From an uncultured Chloroflexia bacterium (GTDB lineage Bacteria; Chloroflexota; Anaerolineae; JAAYZQ01), in the NCBI GenBank assembly GCA_963700285.1, contig CAVOXA010000010.1, positions 1,024,001 through 1,088,000 on the forward strand: DNA of 64,000 nt. The letters run 5' to 3'. This document shows, piece by piece, positions 41,709-51,107 of the stretch; within the stretch, counting starts at the first letter, position 1, and each line of letters starts with the position of its first letter. The position numbers were made by a program, and so were the translations under genes. The notes under the pieces were generated by a model. That model was not told the origin of the DNA, did not search any database, and saw only the letters and a program-made list of their open reading frames with translations.

Positions 41709-42851
41709 CTAGCAAGGCGAATAGCGGCGGTACTTGAGAGCGGCCCTGTAGGCCATATCCAGCCTCGCGGGCTCTGTATCGGGCTGGATATTGTGGGTGG
41801 GAGCAAACACATAACCACCCCCGGGAGCCATGATCTCGATGTTGCGCCGTACCTCTTTCTCAATCTCCTCAGCACTGGCATTGGGCAGCACCTGTTGGAT
41901 ATCGATTCCGCCTCCCCAAAAACACAACTCGCTGCCAAACTCACCTTTGAGCCTAGCCAGGTCCATTTTGGCTGCCGTGTACTGCACCGGATTCAGGATA
42001 TCCACGCCAGCCTCGAGATAGTCAGGGATGATGTCATAGACCGAGCCACAGGAATGCATGAATACCTTGGCCTGGGTCCTGGCGTGGATAAAGTCATAGA
42101 TCCGGGTGTGACACGGCTTCAGAAAGCGGCGGTACATCTTGGGCGAGATAAAGAGGCCGGTCTGCATACCCAGGTCGTCACCCTGGCACACGACCTGTAC
42201 ATAGTCACCCACCGCATCGAGGTATATCTCCCACAGGCCGATGATCGTATCGGTTATCTTTTCCAGGAGGGCTGTGGCAAAGCTGGGATCCAGAGCCAGG
42301 TCGAGGCAGAACTTGTCATAGCCCCGGACCTTGCAGGCCTGCTCAAAGGGCCCGCGACACATGATGTCGGCTACAATGGCATAGTCGGTGTTCTCGTACA
42401 GATCTTTGGCCTGCTCCCTCAGCCCCTCCACTCGCCAACTTGTACGGGGATCAGGCCATGTGGCGCCATCCAGGTCTTCGACCGTGCATTCCGCCAGGGG
42501 GTAGGTAATCGAGTCATAGTAGTAGAGGGCTTTCCTCCACCTGATGTCGTACTCGTCGTACCAGTCACCATTGTCCAGGGTCCTGGTTGCGACCCACCTG
42601 GGTGCCCTTTTCATGGTAACCAGTCGACAGTCCACCCCGTAATGCTGCAGGATATCCTCTCTGGGATAGACGTTCCCCTGCTGTGTATGCGTGATCTCCG
42701 GTTCAGGGTCAGGCGCCAGCCCCAGGTAGCTCCTAAGGTTGGCGTAGGCAGTCTCCACGATACCTGTGACATTGGTGCCCGCCAGATCGAGGGGGATCTG
42801 GTCTGGCTCCTGATGGTCAAGCGCTGCAGCTATCCGCTCGCGTGGCTTCAC
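41709..42851 (-). CDS. Uroporphyrinogen decarboxylase / MtaA-CmuA methyltransferase family protein
   Basis: PRERIAAAL-H-EPD-IP, GDDLGMQ, ISPKMYR, HSCG, LNPVQ, FWGGGID, PTHNIQ. Confidence 0.85.
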   Translation of the reverse strand: MKPRERIAAALDHQEPDQIPLDLAGTNVTGIVETAYANLRSYLGLAPDPEPEITHTQQGNVYPREDILQHYGVDCRLVTMKRAPRWVATRTLDNGDWYDEYDIRWRKALYYYDSITYPLAECTVEDLDGATWPDPRTSWRVEGLREQAKDLYENTDYAIVADIMCRGPFEQACKVRGYDKFCLDLALDPSFATALLEKITDTIIGLWEIYLDAVGDYVQVVCQGDDLGMQTGLFISPKMYRRFLKPCHTRIYDFIHARTQAKVFMHSCGSVYDIIPDYLEAGVDILNPVQYTAAKMDLARLKGEFGSELCFWGGGIDIQQVLPNASAEEIEKEVRRNIEIMAPGGGYVFAPTHNIQPDTEPARLDMAYRAALKYRRYSPC

Positions 42852-42890
42852 TGGCCCATCTCTCCTCGCTGTCAGCTCTGATTCCGGATC

Positions 42891-43766
42891 TCAGGCCTTG
42901 ATGGCACCGGCAGTCATGCCGCGAATGAACCATTCGGAGATAAAGATATAGATGAGGATCAGCGGAAGCACGCTGACCACCATCGCCGCCGCCAACATAC
43001 CCACATCCAGGTAGGCCTCTCCCACAAAAAACATGACGGCCAACGGCAGGGTTCGCAGTTCGGGGTTGTTGATGAAGGTCACGGCAAAGAGGAATTCGTT
43101 CCAAAAATTCACGAAATTAAGCATGACCGTGGTCAGAATCGCCGGGCGGGCGATGGGAAAGGCCATCCTCCAGAATAGCTGGTGGTCGGAAGCGCCGTCG
43201 ATGAGGGCAGCATCCTCCAATTCCCCGGGGATCTGAGCAAAAAAGGTCCGCAAAATAAAGATGTTCATGGGCATGGCCATCACGGTATAGACCAAGATCA
43301 GGGCCCAAAGGGTATTATAGAGCTTGTAGCGGACCAGGAGCTGGAAAAGAGACAGCAGTGTGATCTGAGGCGGGAACATGATGGAGAGAAAGATAGTCGA
43401 GTAGAGAACCTCGCGCCCGCGGAACTTGAAACGCAACCTGGCAAAACCATAGGCGGCCATGGAGTTGACAAGCATGGCCAGTAAGATGGCGCCAGCCGTC
43501 ACGAAAGTGCTGTTTCGGAAGTATAGGGGAAAGCTCAGGGTCTTGTTGGTGAAGACATTGACATAGTTCTTCATGGTTGGAGGGATAGGAATAGCATACG
43601 GCTTCAACAAGATCTCGGGGCCAGGCCGCAACGAGTTCGCTACCGCCCAAAAGAATGGGAAGCTAAAGACAGCAGTATAGATCAACAACACGAGCGTGAT
43701 TGCATACCGCCCCCAGCGCTGCGGAGGGATGGACAGAAAGTTGCTTTGTTTCTGATCTGTACTCAT
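42891..43766 (-). CDS. Carbohydrate ABC transporter permease (MalG-like)
   Basis: MAAYGFAR, ELEDAALIDGA EAA loop, WNEFLFA, GMTAGAIK. Confidence 0.92.
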   Translation of the reverse strand: MSTDQKQSNFLSIPPQRWGRYAITLVLLIYTAVFSFPFFWAVANSLRPGPEILLKPYAIPIPPTMKNYVNVFTNKTLSFPLYFRNSTFVTAGAILLAMLVNSMAAYGFARLRFKFRGREVLYSTIFLSIMFPPQITLLSLFQLLVRYKLYNTLWALILVYTVMAMPMNIFILRTFFAQIPGELEDAALIDGASDHQLFWRMAFPIARPAILTTVMLNFVNFWNEFLFAVTFINNPELRTLPLAVMFFVGEAYLDVGMLAAAMVVSVLPLILIYIFISEWFIRGMTAGAIKA

Positions 43767-43768
43767 GC

Positions 43769-44722
43769 CTAAAACTCCAGTGCGTCGCCGCGCAGGAAGA
43801 TTCTGGAGAGTCCGACCCAACAGACAAAGACTACGATGAACCACACCACGGCAATGGCTGATGGGTACCCCAGGTCAAAGGTCATCCACTCGAAGGCGCG
43901 TTTTTGAATATAGGTGGCCACCGTCTCAGTCTGCCCTGAAGGTGCACCACGTGTCATGATCCATACCAGCTCAAAGACCCTCATCTTGCCCACAAAGCAG
44001 AGCAGCATCAGGCTGATCCAGGTGCGCTTGAGCATGGGCAGGATGACGTAGATAATAGACTGGAAGTGATTGGTCCCGTCCACGACGGCGGCGTCCAGGA
44101 TCTCCTGGGGCATGGAAGCCAACGCGGCAAGCAGGATCACAAAATTAAAGCCGATGAACCGCCAGGTAGTCACCGATATCAGCGAGGGCAAAGCGGTAAG
44201 GGGATCGGCCAGCCACTTGTGATCCAGGCCGAAGGGCCGCAGCACAACGTTGATGATGCCCCAGTCTGCGTTAAAGATCCAACGGAAGAGGGCACCGATT
44301 ACCACCCAGGAAACCAACATCGGCAGGAACCAGGCCACCCGGTAGAAACGCCGCAGGGGAAGCTTCTGATGGATCAAATAGGCCAGCACAAAGGCAATCG
44401 GGATCTCCAAGAAGGGTGAGACGATAGCCCAGATGACACTGTTACGGATGGCCATTTTGAAAAAGAGGTCCTCGGTGAATAGCTCGACATAGTGCTGCAG
44501 GCCTACATATGTGTATTTCGGCACACCAGCACGGATCTGGAGCACGTGGACGCTATTGTAAAAGGTCATGAAGAGCGGAATGATCACAAACGCCAGGAAT
44601 AACAGCGTCGCCGGACCGAGGAACTCAAGGATGGCCCACCAGGAGGCCTGACTAAACCCTCGGCCGAATGGGTTTCGTCGCTTGGAAGCAGGTCCTGCCT
44701 GCGCAACAGCACTGGTCTCCAT
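43769..44722 (-). CDS. Carbohydrate ABC transporter permease (MalF-like)
   Basis: YVGLQHY, EILDAAVVDG EAA loop, MTRGAP, LGYPSAIA. Confidence 0.92.
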   Translation of the reverse strand: METSAVAQAGPASKRRNPFGRGFSQASWWAILEFLGPATLLFLAFVIIPLFMTFYNSVHVLQIRAGVPKYTYVGLQHYVELFTEDLFFKMAIRNSVIWAIVSPFLEIPIAFVLAYLIHQKLPLRRFYRVAWFLPMLVSWVVIGALFRWIFNADWGIINVVLRPFGLDHKWLADPLTALPSLISVTTWRFIGFNFVILLAALASMPQEILDAAVVDGTNHFQSIIYVILPMLKRTWISLMLLCFVGKMRVFELVWIMTRGAPSGQTETVATYIQKRAFEWMTFDLGYPSAIAVVWFIVVFVCWVGLSRIFLRGDALEF

Positions 44723-44764
44723 GTCTCTAACGCGACCTCCGGTCGTATTCGTCAAGGTTTGGTG

Positions 44765-44801
44765 CAGAGGAGAAACTGGGGAAATCCCAGTTTCTCCTCT
44801 G
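44765..44801. other. Stem-loop between the SBP and the first permease (mRNA stabiliser or partial terminator)
   Basis: 16-bp perfect stem CAGAGGAGAAACTGGG/CCCAGTTTCTCCTCTG with a 5-nt loop. Confidence 0.75.
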
Positions 44802-44824
44802 TTTCAGTTCAGCTTGGCCCAAGT

Positions 44825-46186
44825 CTATGGCCGGGCTGCTTCCAGCTTTTCGAGTCCTTCATCCAGGGTCATGGTTCCATTCACCAGACCATCATTGAAG
44901 ACCTGGATCCACATTTCCCGGAACTCGGGCGGCTGGCTAAAGACGTTAATAGGCACACCCTTTGCCGCCGGCTTGCAGTCGGCGAACTCGGCAAAGTACC
45001 AATCGAAATCGGTAGGCGGCATCGTGTCGAGGTTGGTCTTGATACCGGTCTGGACACCGGTCTTGGCGTACCACAGGTTGCCGTACTTTTCCTGGGCGAC
45101 GAAGTTGATCAGGTCGATGGCCGTTTCCTTGTTGGGGCTCATCTCGTGCGCCGCCAGGCTGCCGCCCACGTACCAGAGATGCTCGTCGTTGGCTACACCA
45201 TTGGGCATGGCGGGATAAGGCATGCAGCTCAACTGGAAGTCTGGTGGCTGTCCCCCCTCCTCAGGCGGTACAAAGGCCCGGCCCGTGTACCAGGAGCCGA
45301 CCGGGAACATGCAGGCGTTTTCCTTTGTGTGAAAGTCCTGGTGGGCCTCGGCGATGGTGTTGGTGACATAGCTGTCGCTATAGGCAGGCAGCGAGACCAG
45401 CTCATAGGCCCACTCCAGGGCAGCGCGAGCTTCGGGCGTATCAACCGGCACCTGCCCGGTGAAGTACTTGGCAAACTCGTCGATGCCCAACGTGTGCTCC
45501 AGCGCGTACCAGAAGGGCAATGCCCCACTGCCCCACCACTCCATACCACCGGCAAAGACGTTGTAGCCGCCCTCCTTGCACTTCTTGGCGACCTCCATGA
45601 ACTCGTCGGCCGTCAGCTGGCGGTCCTCGGGCAGCTCGATGCCCAGTTCGTCAAAGGCACGTTGGTTGACGTACAGCTCGAGGGTGGCCGCCTCCAGGGG
45701 CAAGGCATAGATAGCGCCATCCGACCAGGTCCAGGACTCTCGAGCCCAATCGTCGACGTTGTCCCAGTTGACGCCCTCACTCAGGTCGGCGGTGAACCCG
45801 GCATCCACCATCTGGGGGGCGGTTCGGTCGATGTAGAAGATGTCAGGGAAACCTTCGCCGGCAATGGACGTGTTCTGAATGGCATTGAACATCTCTGCCT
45901 TCTGCCACCAGACGACCTCGATGTCCACGTTGGGGTTTTCGGCCTCATAGTCAGCGATTACCTGCTCGATGAAATCCCGCTTGTTGGTCTCTTCGGCCCA
46001 GTGACTCCACCAGACGACTTTGACCGGTTCACCTTCGGCGGACTCGGCCGGCTTTTCCTCCTTCGTGGTTTCGGGAGCTGCCGCTTCCTCGGCCTTTGTT
46101 GGCTCCGGCGCTGGTGCGGACCCGCAGGCTGCCAAGACCATGGCCAGCACCATGAGAAGTGATACGACGGCGTATGCTTTCTTCAT
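44825..46186 (-). CDS. Carbohydrate ABC transporter substrate-binding lipoprotein
   Basis: MKK signal peptide, LAAC lipobox, Pro/Ala/Glu linker, YEAENPNVDIE, PDIF, IYALP. Confidence 0.9.
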   Translation of the reverse strand: MKKAYAVVSLLMVLAMVLAACGSAPAPEPTKAEEAAAPETTKEEKPAESAEGEPVKVVWWSHWAEETNKRDFIEQVIADYEAENPNVDIEVVWWQKAEMFNAIQNTSIAGEGFPDIFYIDRTAPQMVDAGFTADLSEGVNWDNVDDWARESWTWSDGAIYALPLEAATLELYVNQRAFDELGIELPEDRQLTADEFMEVAKKCKEGGYNVFAGGMEWWGSGALPFWYALEHTLGIDEFAKYFTGQVPVDTPEARAALEWAYELVSLPAYSDSYVTNTIAEAHQDFHTKENACMFPVGSWYTGRAFVPPEEGGQPPDFQLSCMPYPAMPNGVANDEHLWYVGGSLAAHEMSPNKETAIDLINFVAQEKYGNLWYAKTGVQTGIKTNLDTMPPTDFDWYFAEFADCKPAAKGVPINVFSQPPEFREMWIQVFNDGLVNGTMTLDEGLEKLEAARP

Positions 46187-46454
46187 TTCTTTCCTCCTCG
46201 AAATTCTCATTGACATGGAACCTCTTTGGCGTGCACGTCGCTCCACAGGGGCGGGATGCCTTTCCGGGCCGCACAGCGCGGCTCGCGTCCCTCTCCCGCT
46301 CCATCTGCACCGACTCAGTCTCTCATAGGCTCTCCTTTCTCTCAGTCATACTGCCCACAGGTCAGTCGACCGGCCAGCCGGCGCCCGTCCAAGCGCATCA
46401 CTGTAGTACTCCTTCTTGTAGAACACGCCCCCTGTTGGATCTCTGGTCACCAGA

Positions 46455-47483
46455 TCAGGCAGATTCCCGGATCACAAGCTTGTGGTCCAGCACCTTGCAT
46501 CGACCAGGAATGGGAGATTCACTTTCGATCCGCTCGACGAGCATCTGAACAGCAGCCACGCCCAGGGCGCCAACGTCCTTGTGAACAGTTGTGAGCCTGG
46601 GACGGACGATGGTAGACTCTAGTATGTCGTCAAAGCCGATAACTGCTACGTCCCCTGGCACAGATAGACCCGCATCCACGGCAAAGAGCAGGGCATCAAT
46701 GGCAAGAAGGTCATTGCCGGCAAATACCGCGCTGGGTGGTTCAGCCAGGGTCAATAGGTACTCCATCCCCAATGCTCCGCACCCACGCTCATAACAGGTC
46801 TCATAGACGAGTTCTTCCTCTACAGAGAGATTGTGGGTCCGTAGTGCATTGACGTATCCCTTCCTGCGCAGACGGCCGCTCCACGTGGTCGCGGGACCCA
46901 CAATGGCACCTATCCGTCGATGACCCTTTTCGATCAGGTAAGAGACCGCCTCCTCAGCTGCCCTGGCCTCGTCGAGCACAATGTTATCGGCAAAGGGATG
47001 AGTAGGTGCATCGCCATGAATGACCACGGCGATCCCGGCATCGACCAACCTATCAATATCCGCCTCAGAGGCATGGAATGTTTGGGTAAAGAGCCCATCC
47101 ACACCACGCTGGATCAAGACATCCAGAAACCCTTTTTCCTGTTGCAGTTCATCCTGAGTATTCAGGATAAAAACATCCAGACCTGCTTTTCTCGCTTCGT
47201 GCTGGATGGCTGTTGCCAGTTGAGGATAGAAGAGGTTTTCGATCTTGGGGATCATTACGACTACCATGTTCGAGCGCTGCAGGCGTAGGGTGCGAGCAGC
47301 ACTGACAGGCAGATAGTTCAAGGCATTGACGGCTTCCCAGACCCTTTTACGTGTCTCGTCGCTGATCCTGATGTTGCCACCGGTGCGCTCGTTGATCACG
47401 CAAGATACCGTAGTCCTTGAGACTCCGGCCAATTCTGCCACGTCACGACTTGTTGGTCGCTTGCGAGACTGTCTGGCTTTCAT
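46455..47483 (-). CDS. LacI-family transcriptional regulator
   Basis: TSRDVAELAGVSRTTVSCVIN HTH, KGHRRIG, NDLLA, VIGFDD, LTTV, LVIRES. Confidence 0.95.
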   Translation of the reverse strand: MKARQSRKRPTSRDVAELAGVSRTTVSCVINERTGGNIRISDETRKRVWEAVNALNYLPVSAARTLRLQRSNMVVVMIPKIENLFYPQLATAIQHEARKAGLDVFILNTQDELQQEKGFLDVLIQRGVDGLFTQTFHASEADIDRLVDAGIAVVIHGDAPTHPFADNIVLDEARAAEEAVSYLIEKGHRRIGAIVGPATTWSGRLRRKGYVNALRTHNLSVEEELVYETCYERGCGALGMEYLLTLAEPPSAVFAGNDLLAIDALLFAVDAGLSVPGDVAVIGFDDILESTIVRPRLTTVHKDVGALGVAAVQMLVERIESESPIPGRCKVLDHKLVIRESA

Positions 47484-47516
47484 AGCCCCGATCTCGATCA
47501 GCCGACAGGTGTCCGC

Positions 47517-47573
47517 TGACACGTAATTGGTGACACGTGAAATCAGTATATCACAAGCAGACACCATTGTCAA
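47517..47573 (-). promoter_or_regulatory. lacI promoter with tandem operator-like sites
   Basis: On the minus strand, TTGACA (47573-47568), 17 nt, TGn + TATACT (47550-47545). Two TGACACGT copies (47517-47524 and 47531-47538) lie at and just after the predicted start site. Confidence 0.8.
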
Positions 47574-47701
47574 GCCCTCAATTTGACCAACAGCAAGCCC
47601 CAAACGCAAGCGCCAAGTTGCTGCATTCGCTTATCGACCCGCCTAGGTCTAGGATTGGTGCCTACAAGACTATCTGGATCGTACTGGCTTGGGAGCCACG
47701 C

Positions 47702-48559
47702 CTACTTGCTTAGCGCCGGCAGTATCACACCGAGATAGTCCAAGCTTCCCTGCACCCAGCGGTCAGCGTCGTCAACGAACCCGCCGCGGGCGCCCATCTC
47801 AATACCTGCCACGCAGGGCTCGCCTAATCTCCGGCAGTTCTCTTCGATACCCAGTTCGATAACCTTGTCGAGATACGTCTTGAAATCAGCAACACCTGTT
47901 CCCAGGATGCTGTTCGTATGCTCAAAGGTGTCAGTCTCGCTGAGGTGGACATGGATGATGCGGTTCTTTAGCTTCTCAAGATGGGCTGGTCCCTCCCGGA
48001 TGATGCTTAGATGCCCAATATCGACGTTGGCCAGTATGTTCGGCAGGTCAATGTCTTCGATAGCCTTGGCCACCGCCGCTGTACTGTTGAGGGCAAAGTA
48101 AACATGCGGTTCCACTTCCAGGTCGATGAGCAACCCGCTCAGCTGGCACCAATCGGCAAACTCACGAAGCGTGGTCACCATGTTCACCCATGTCTGCTCC
48201 CGCATCACCTGGGGCTCGTAGATGCCCCCTCCCCGGCAGATCAGAAGCTGCTTGCCACCCAGCTTGAGCTGAAAGTCCGCGCAGCGCTTCATATAGTCAA
48301 GCGTTGCCTTTCGCCTACCAGGGTCAGGGACTGCGAGATCCTGTGTGTTCACCAGAAGCATCTGAGAACTCTGCAGCCCGCTGTTCTCAAAGAGTTTGAC
48401 GACATCTTCTTGCCGGCCTCTATTCATCAGCGTAGGATCACCGGATTGATACGCCGCATATTCGATGAAGCGAAAGCCGAACTGGATGGCACTCCTCAGC
48501 GCCTGTTCGATGGGAGTCTGGGCGACCTCATAGACAAAGGTATTCAAAGCAAGATACAT
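47702..48559 (-). CDS. Sugar phosphate isomerase/epimerase (xylose-isomerase-like TIM barrel)
   Basis: LEVEP, NVDIGH, HVHLSE, GTGVADF, GIE metal-ligand pattern. Confidence 0.85.
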   Translation of the reverse strand: MYLALNTFVYEVAQTPIEQALRSAIQFGFRFIEYAAYQSGDPTLMNRGRQEDVVKLFENSGLQSSQMLLVNTQDLAVPDPGRRKATLDYMKRCADFQLKLGGKQLLICRGGGIYEPQVMREQTWVNMVTTLREFADWCQLSGLLIDLEVEPHVYFALNSTAAVAKAIEDIDLPNILANVDIGHLSIIREGPAHLEKLKNRIIHVHLSETDTFEHTNSILGTGVADFKTYLDKVIELGIEENCRRLGEPCVAGIEMGARGGFVDDADRWVQGSLDYLGVILPALSK

Positions 48560-48574
48560 CGGGAAACTAGCCTT

Positions 48575-49378
48575 TCACTGCGCAGCCAGGATCTCGCGCA
48601 TCCGCTGGAATCCCTCCTGGCCACTGGTAAACACCGGCAAGCCGAACTCGGCCACCGGGTCCGGGTATGACAGGGCAAAAAGCGCCATCGAAAGCTGAGC
48701 CAGCACCACGCAGCTGATCTCCTCGCGCGCCTGGACTTGCCTGATTGCCCTGGCCAGCAGCACATTGTGGCCCTGGACATCCCCCTCGGCCAGGCGGTGC
48801 CATGCCTCCTCGACAGTGACTCCCGAGGTCGCATACGGCTTTCCCAGCCGCAGGGCAGTCTCTTCAAGGAGCGCCAGCGTGCTGTTGACTGTAGTGACCA
48901 GGGTGGCGATAACCAGAATGCGTCCACCGTGACTGACCGCTGCTTCCATCATCGGCATATCAATCTGCACCACCGGCACATCCACAGCCTCCACCACCGC
49001 CTCATAGCTGCGGTTCATGGTTGAGCAGGTGATGAGGATGGCATCCACACTTGCCAGTGCAACCAGGTCGCGGGCAGTACGCGCAAAAAGATCAATATTC
49101 TCCTGCGGGGGACAGGGTTCGCCGTTCGCGAACGCTCGCGTGAAGTTGAGTTGCACTGCGTCGTTGCCAGCGTTGACCAACCTGACACCGGGCAAGTAAT
49201 AGTGGCCAAAATAGTTGCACCAGAGCGTTATCCACGATGCACCGTTGATCAAGCCTAGGCGCTTGCCCAGGAGCGCCGCATCGTTGCCTGGTTTCGGTTC
49301 CAAACGGCCAATACCCGTCACCGCTATATGTTCCGAGAACAGGCGAATCGGATCATCGGAAAGAGTTAAATCGCTCAT
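48575..49378 (-). CDS. Asp/Glu/hydantoin racemase-family protein
   Basis: AILITCST, VPVVQIDMPM, IATLVTT, VLAQLSM. Confidence 0.75.
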   Translation of the reverse strand: MSDLTLSDDPIRLFSEHIAVTGIGRLEPKPGNDAALLGKRLGLINGASWITLWCNYFGHYYLPGVRLVNAGNDAVQLNFTRAFANGEPCPPQENIDLFARTARDLVALASVDAILITCSTMNRSYEAVVEAVDVPVVQIDMPMMEAAVSHGGRILVIATLVTTVNSTLALLEETALRLGKPYATSGVTVEEAWHRLAEGDVQGHNVLLARAIRQVQAREEISCVVLAQLSMALFALSYPDPVAEFGLPVFTSGQEGFQRMREILAAQ

Positions 49379-49379
49379 G

Positions 49380-50198
49380 TTAGGCTCCAAAAATCTTGCT
49401 CAGCGCAGCATGGGTTTGCTGGACAGCGGGGTCCGGGTCCAGCGTATACTGGAAGCCCAGCTCAGCTGAGACAGAGCCCTGATAGTCGATTTCCCCCAGC
49501 GCCTGGACGAAAGATGCGAAATCGATGCTGCCTTCGCCAGGGACCAAGTGGGCATCACTGTCGCCATAGTTGTCGTCAATGTGGATGTGAAACGGCACAT
49601 GCTCCAAGCAGCGCACCGCCTCGGCCAAATCCTCACCGTTGACGTTGGTGTGACCTGTATCCAGCAGGATACCCAGTCGCTCCGAATTGATCTCCTCGAT
49701 CATGCGCAGTCCGTCATCGATGGTCAGGATCAGCGTACTCTCAAACCTGTGGGCTGGCTCGATGAGTAGAATCATCTCAGTCCTATCGGTATAGTCGAGC
49801 AGCTCTATGAAGCTCCTACGCAATTGGGCCCAGCCCTCCTCCACGCTCTCACCAAAAAGCGTCATTCCTGGACAGAGGCTGACGCATGGCGAGCCAAGCC
49901 TCTGAGCGCTGTCGATGGCATCCTGGATATACTGCACGCTACTAAGGCGCACCGTCTCGTTGAGCGAACACAAGATCGACGGATAGCGGAATTGGGCGGG
50001 GATAAGGTTAGGTACAGTCATCTCGTACCGGTCCAGCAATGCTCTGATCTCATTCAATTGATCATCGAGATCATGGCGGTAGCAGTGGGGGCGCCCCCCC
50101 CAAACTTCGATACCCTGATAACCAAACGCGTGCAGGCGGCGGATGGCTTCCTGCAGGGGGTAGTTCAAGTACACAAACGATGATTGTGAGAATCTCAT
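49380..50198 (-). CDS. TIM-barrel epimerase, FrlC (fructoselysine 3-epimerase)-like
   Basis: GIEVWGGRPH, IEP...ES, LDTGH, HIHIDDN-GDSDAHLVPGEG, SAEL. Confidence 0.78.
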   Translation of the reverse strand: MRFSQSSFVYLNYPLQEAIRRLHAFGYQGIEVWGGRPHCYRHDLDDQLNEIRALLDRYEMTVPNLIPAQFRYPSILCSLNETVRLSSVQYIQDAIDSAQRLGSPCVSLCPGMTLFGESVEEGWAQLRRSFIELLDYTDRTEMILLIEPAHRFESTLILTIDDGLRMIEEINSERLGILLDTGHTNVNGEDLAEAVRCLEHVPFHIHIDDNYGDSDAHLVPGEGSIDFASFVQALGEIDYQGSVSAELGFQYTLDPDPAVQQTHAALSKIFGA

Positions 50199-50246
50199 AG
50201 GGTCTCCATGGCAAGCCCCCGTGATCAAATGCCTTCACGGGCAAGT

Positions 50247-51008
50247 CTAGAAGCGATCTCCGAACTCTTTCTGAAAGCGCAGCGCCATAAAGTCTCGCTG
50301 GCCGGCCTCGCGGGCGGCCATCGCGTAGAGATAGGCAATACGGCCTCCTGGGCAGGCAACGTTCGGATGGAATCCTCTGGGCACTGCCATCATGTCACCT
50401 TCACGCACGATTTCGCAGGCGATGGGATTGTCGAGCGACTCATAGATACACTGAATGCCAAAGCCGCCCTCCATGTCAAAATAGACGTACAGCTCTTCTT
50501 TCTCATCCCCATGTTCGTGGGGCGGCCAAACTGTCCAGCAGGCAGTACCCCCCTTGCCGATGCCCATCAGCAGGCGCGAGGCGTTGAATGTATCATCGAT
50601 GTACATGTAGACATGGCGATAGGTGTGCGACTCCAACGTGCCAAATACCTTGTGCCTAGCCGGATCCTGTTCCACGTCGGAAAAATGGATGTGAGCAAAG
50701 GTGGTGTCACGGTCGCTGGGTGCGCTGATGCGCATTAGAACTGCTTCGCCCTTGGCCTGGACGTTGATCTGGCTCATCCAAGGTAGATAGAGAAAATCCT
50801 GAAAGCTTGCTGTGCCCGTAGCCTTGGCACAATCATAGTCCACCTGCCCCTTGATACAGACCAATACCACTTCTTCCGGACCAGTTTCAATAGCCGTGGC
50901 CGGGTTTCCGGTGTTCAGCTCGATACGTTCACAAAAGAGCCAGTCCAAGGGGCTGTCCTTGGGACCTATTCCTTTCCTCAGTTCATCGGGGCCGTATAGG
51001 TACTTCAT
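50247..51008 (-). CDS. IolB/KduI-family cupin isomerase (5-deoxy-glucuronate isomerase-like)
   Basis: EEVVLV, WTVWPPHEH, EELYVY, VPRGFHPNVACPG. Confidence 0.85.
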   Translation of the reverse strand: MKYLYGPDELRKGIGPKDSPLDWLFCERIELNTGNPATAIETGPEEVVLVCIKGQVDYDCAKATGTASFQDFLYLPWMSQINVQAKGEAVLMRISAPSDRDTTFAHIHFSDVEQDPARHKVFGTLESHTYRHVYMYIDDTFNASRLLMGIGKGGTACWTVWPPHEHGDEKEELYVYFDMEGGFGIQCIYESLDNPIACEIVREGDMMAVPRGFHPNVACPGGRIAYLYAMAAREAGQRDFMALRFQKEFGDRF

Positions 51009-51107
51009 CCTTAATCACTATCCTCCGATATGACATTGGCCCTCGGTCCTCTGCCCTCCGTTGCCAATCATCGTTCCTATCGAATCTCGCTCGCCACTCT
51101 CACAAGG

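Noticed and set aside
44759-46162. Long plus-strand ORFs (467 aa here; also 57665-58939, 41793-42881, 5995-7104, 52419-53465)
   Set aside because: Antisense shadows of well-supported minus-strand genes in GC-rich DNA, with no recognisable motifs.
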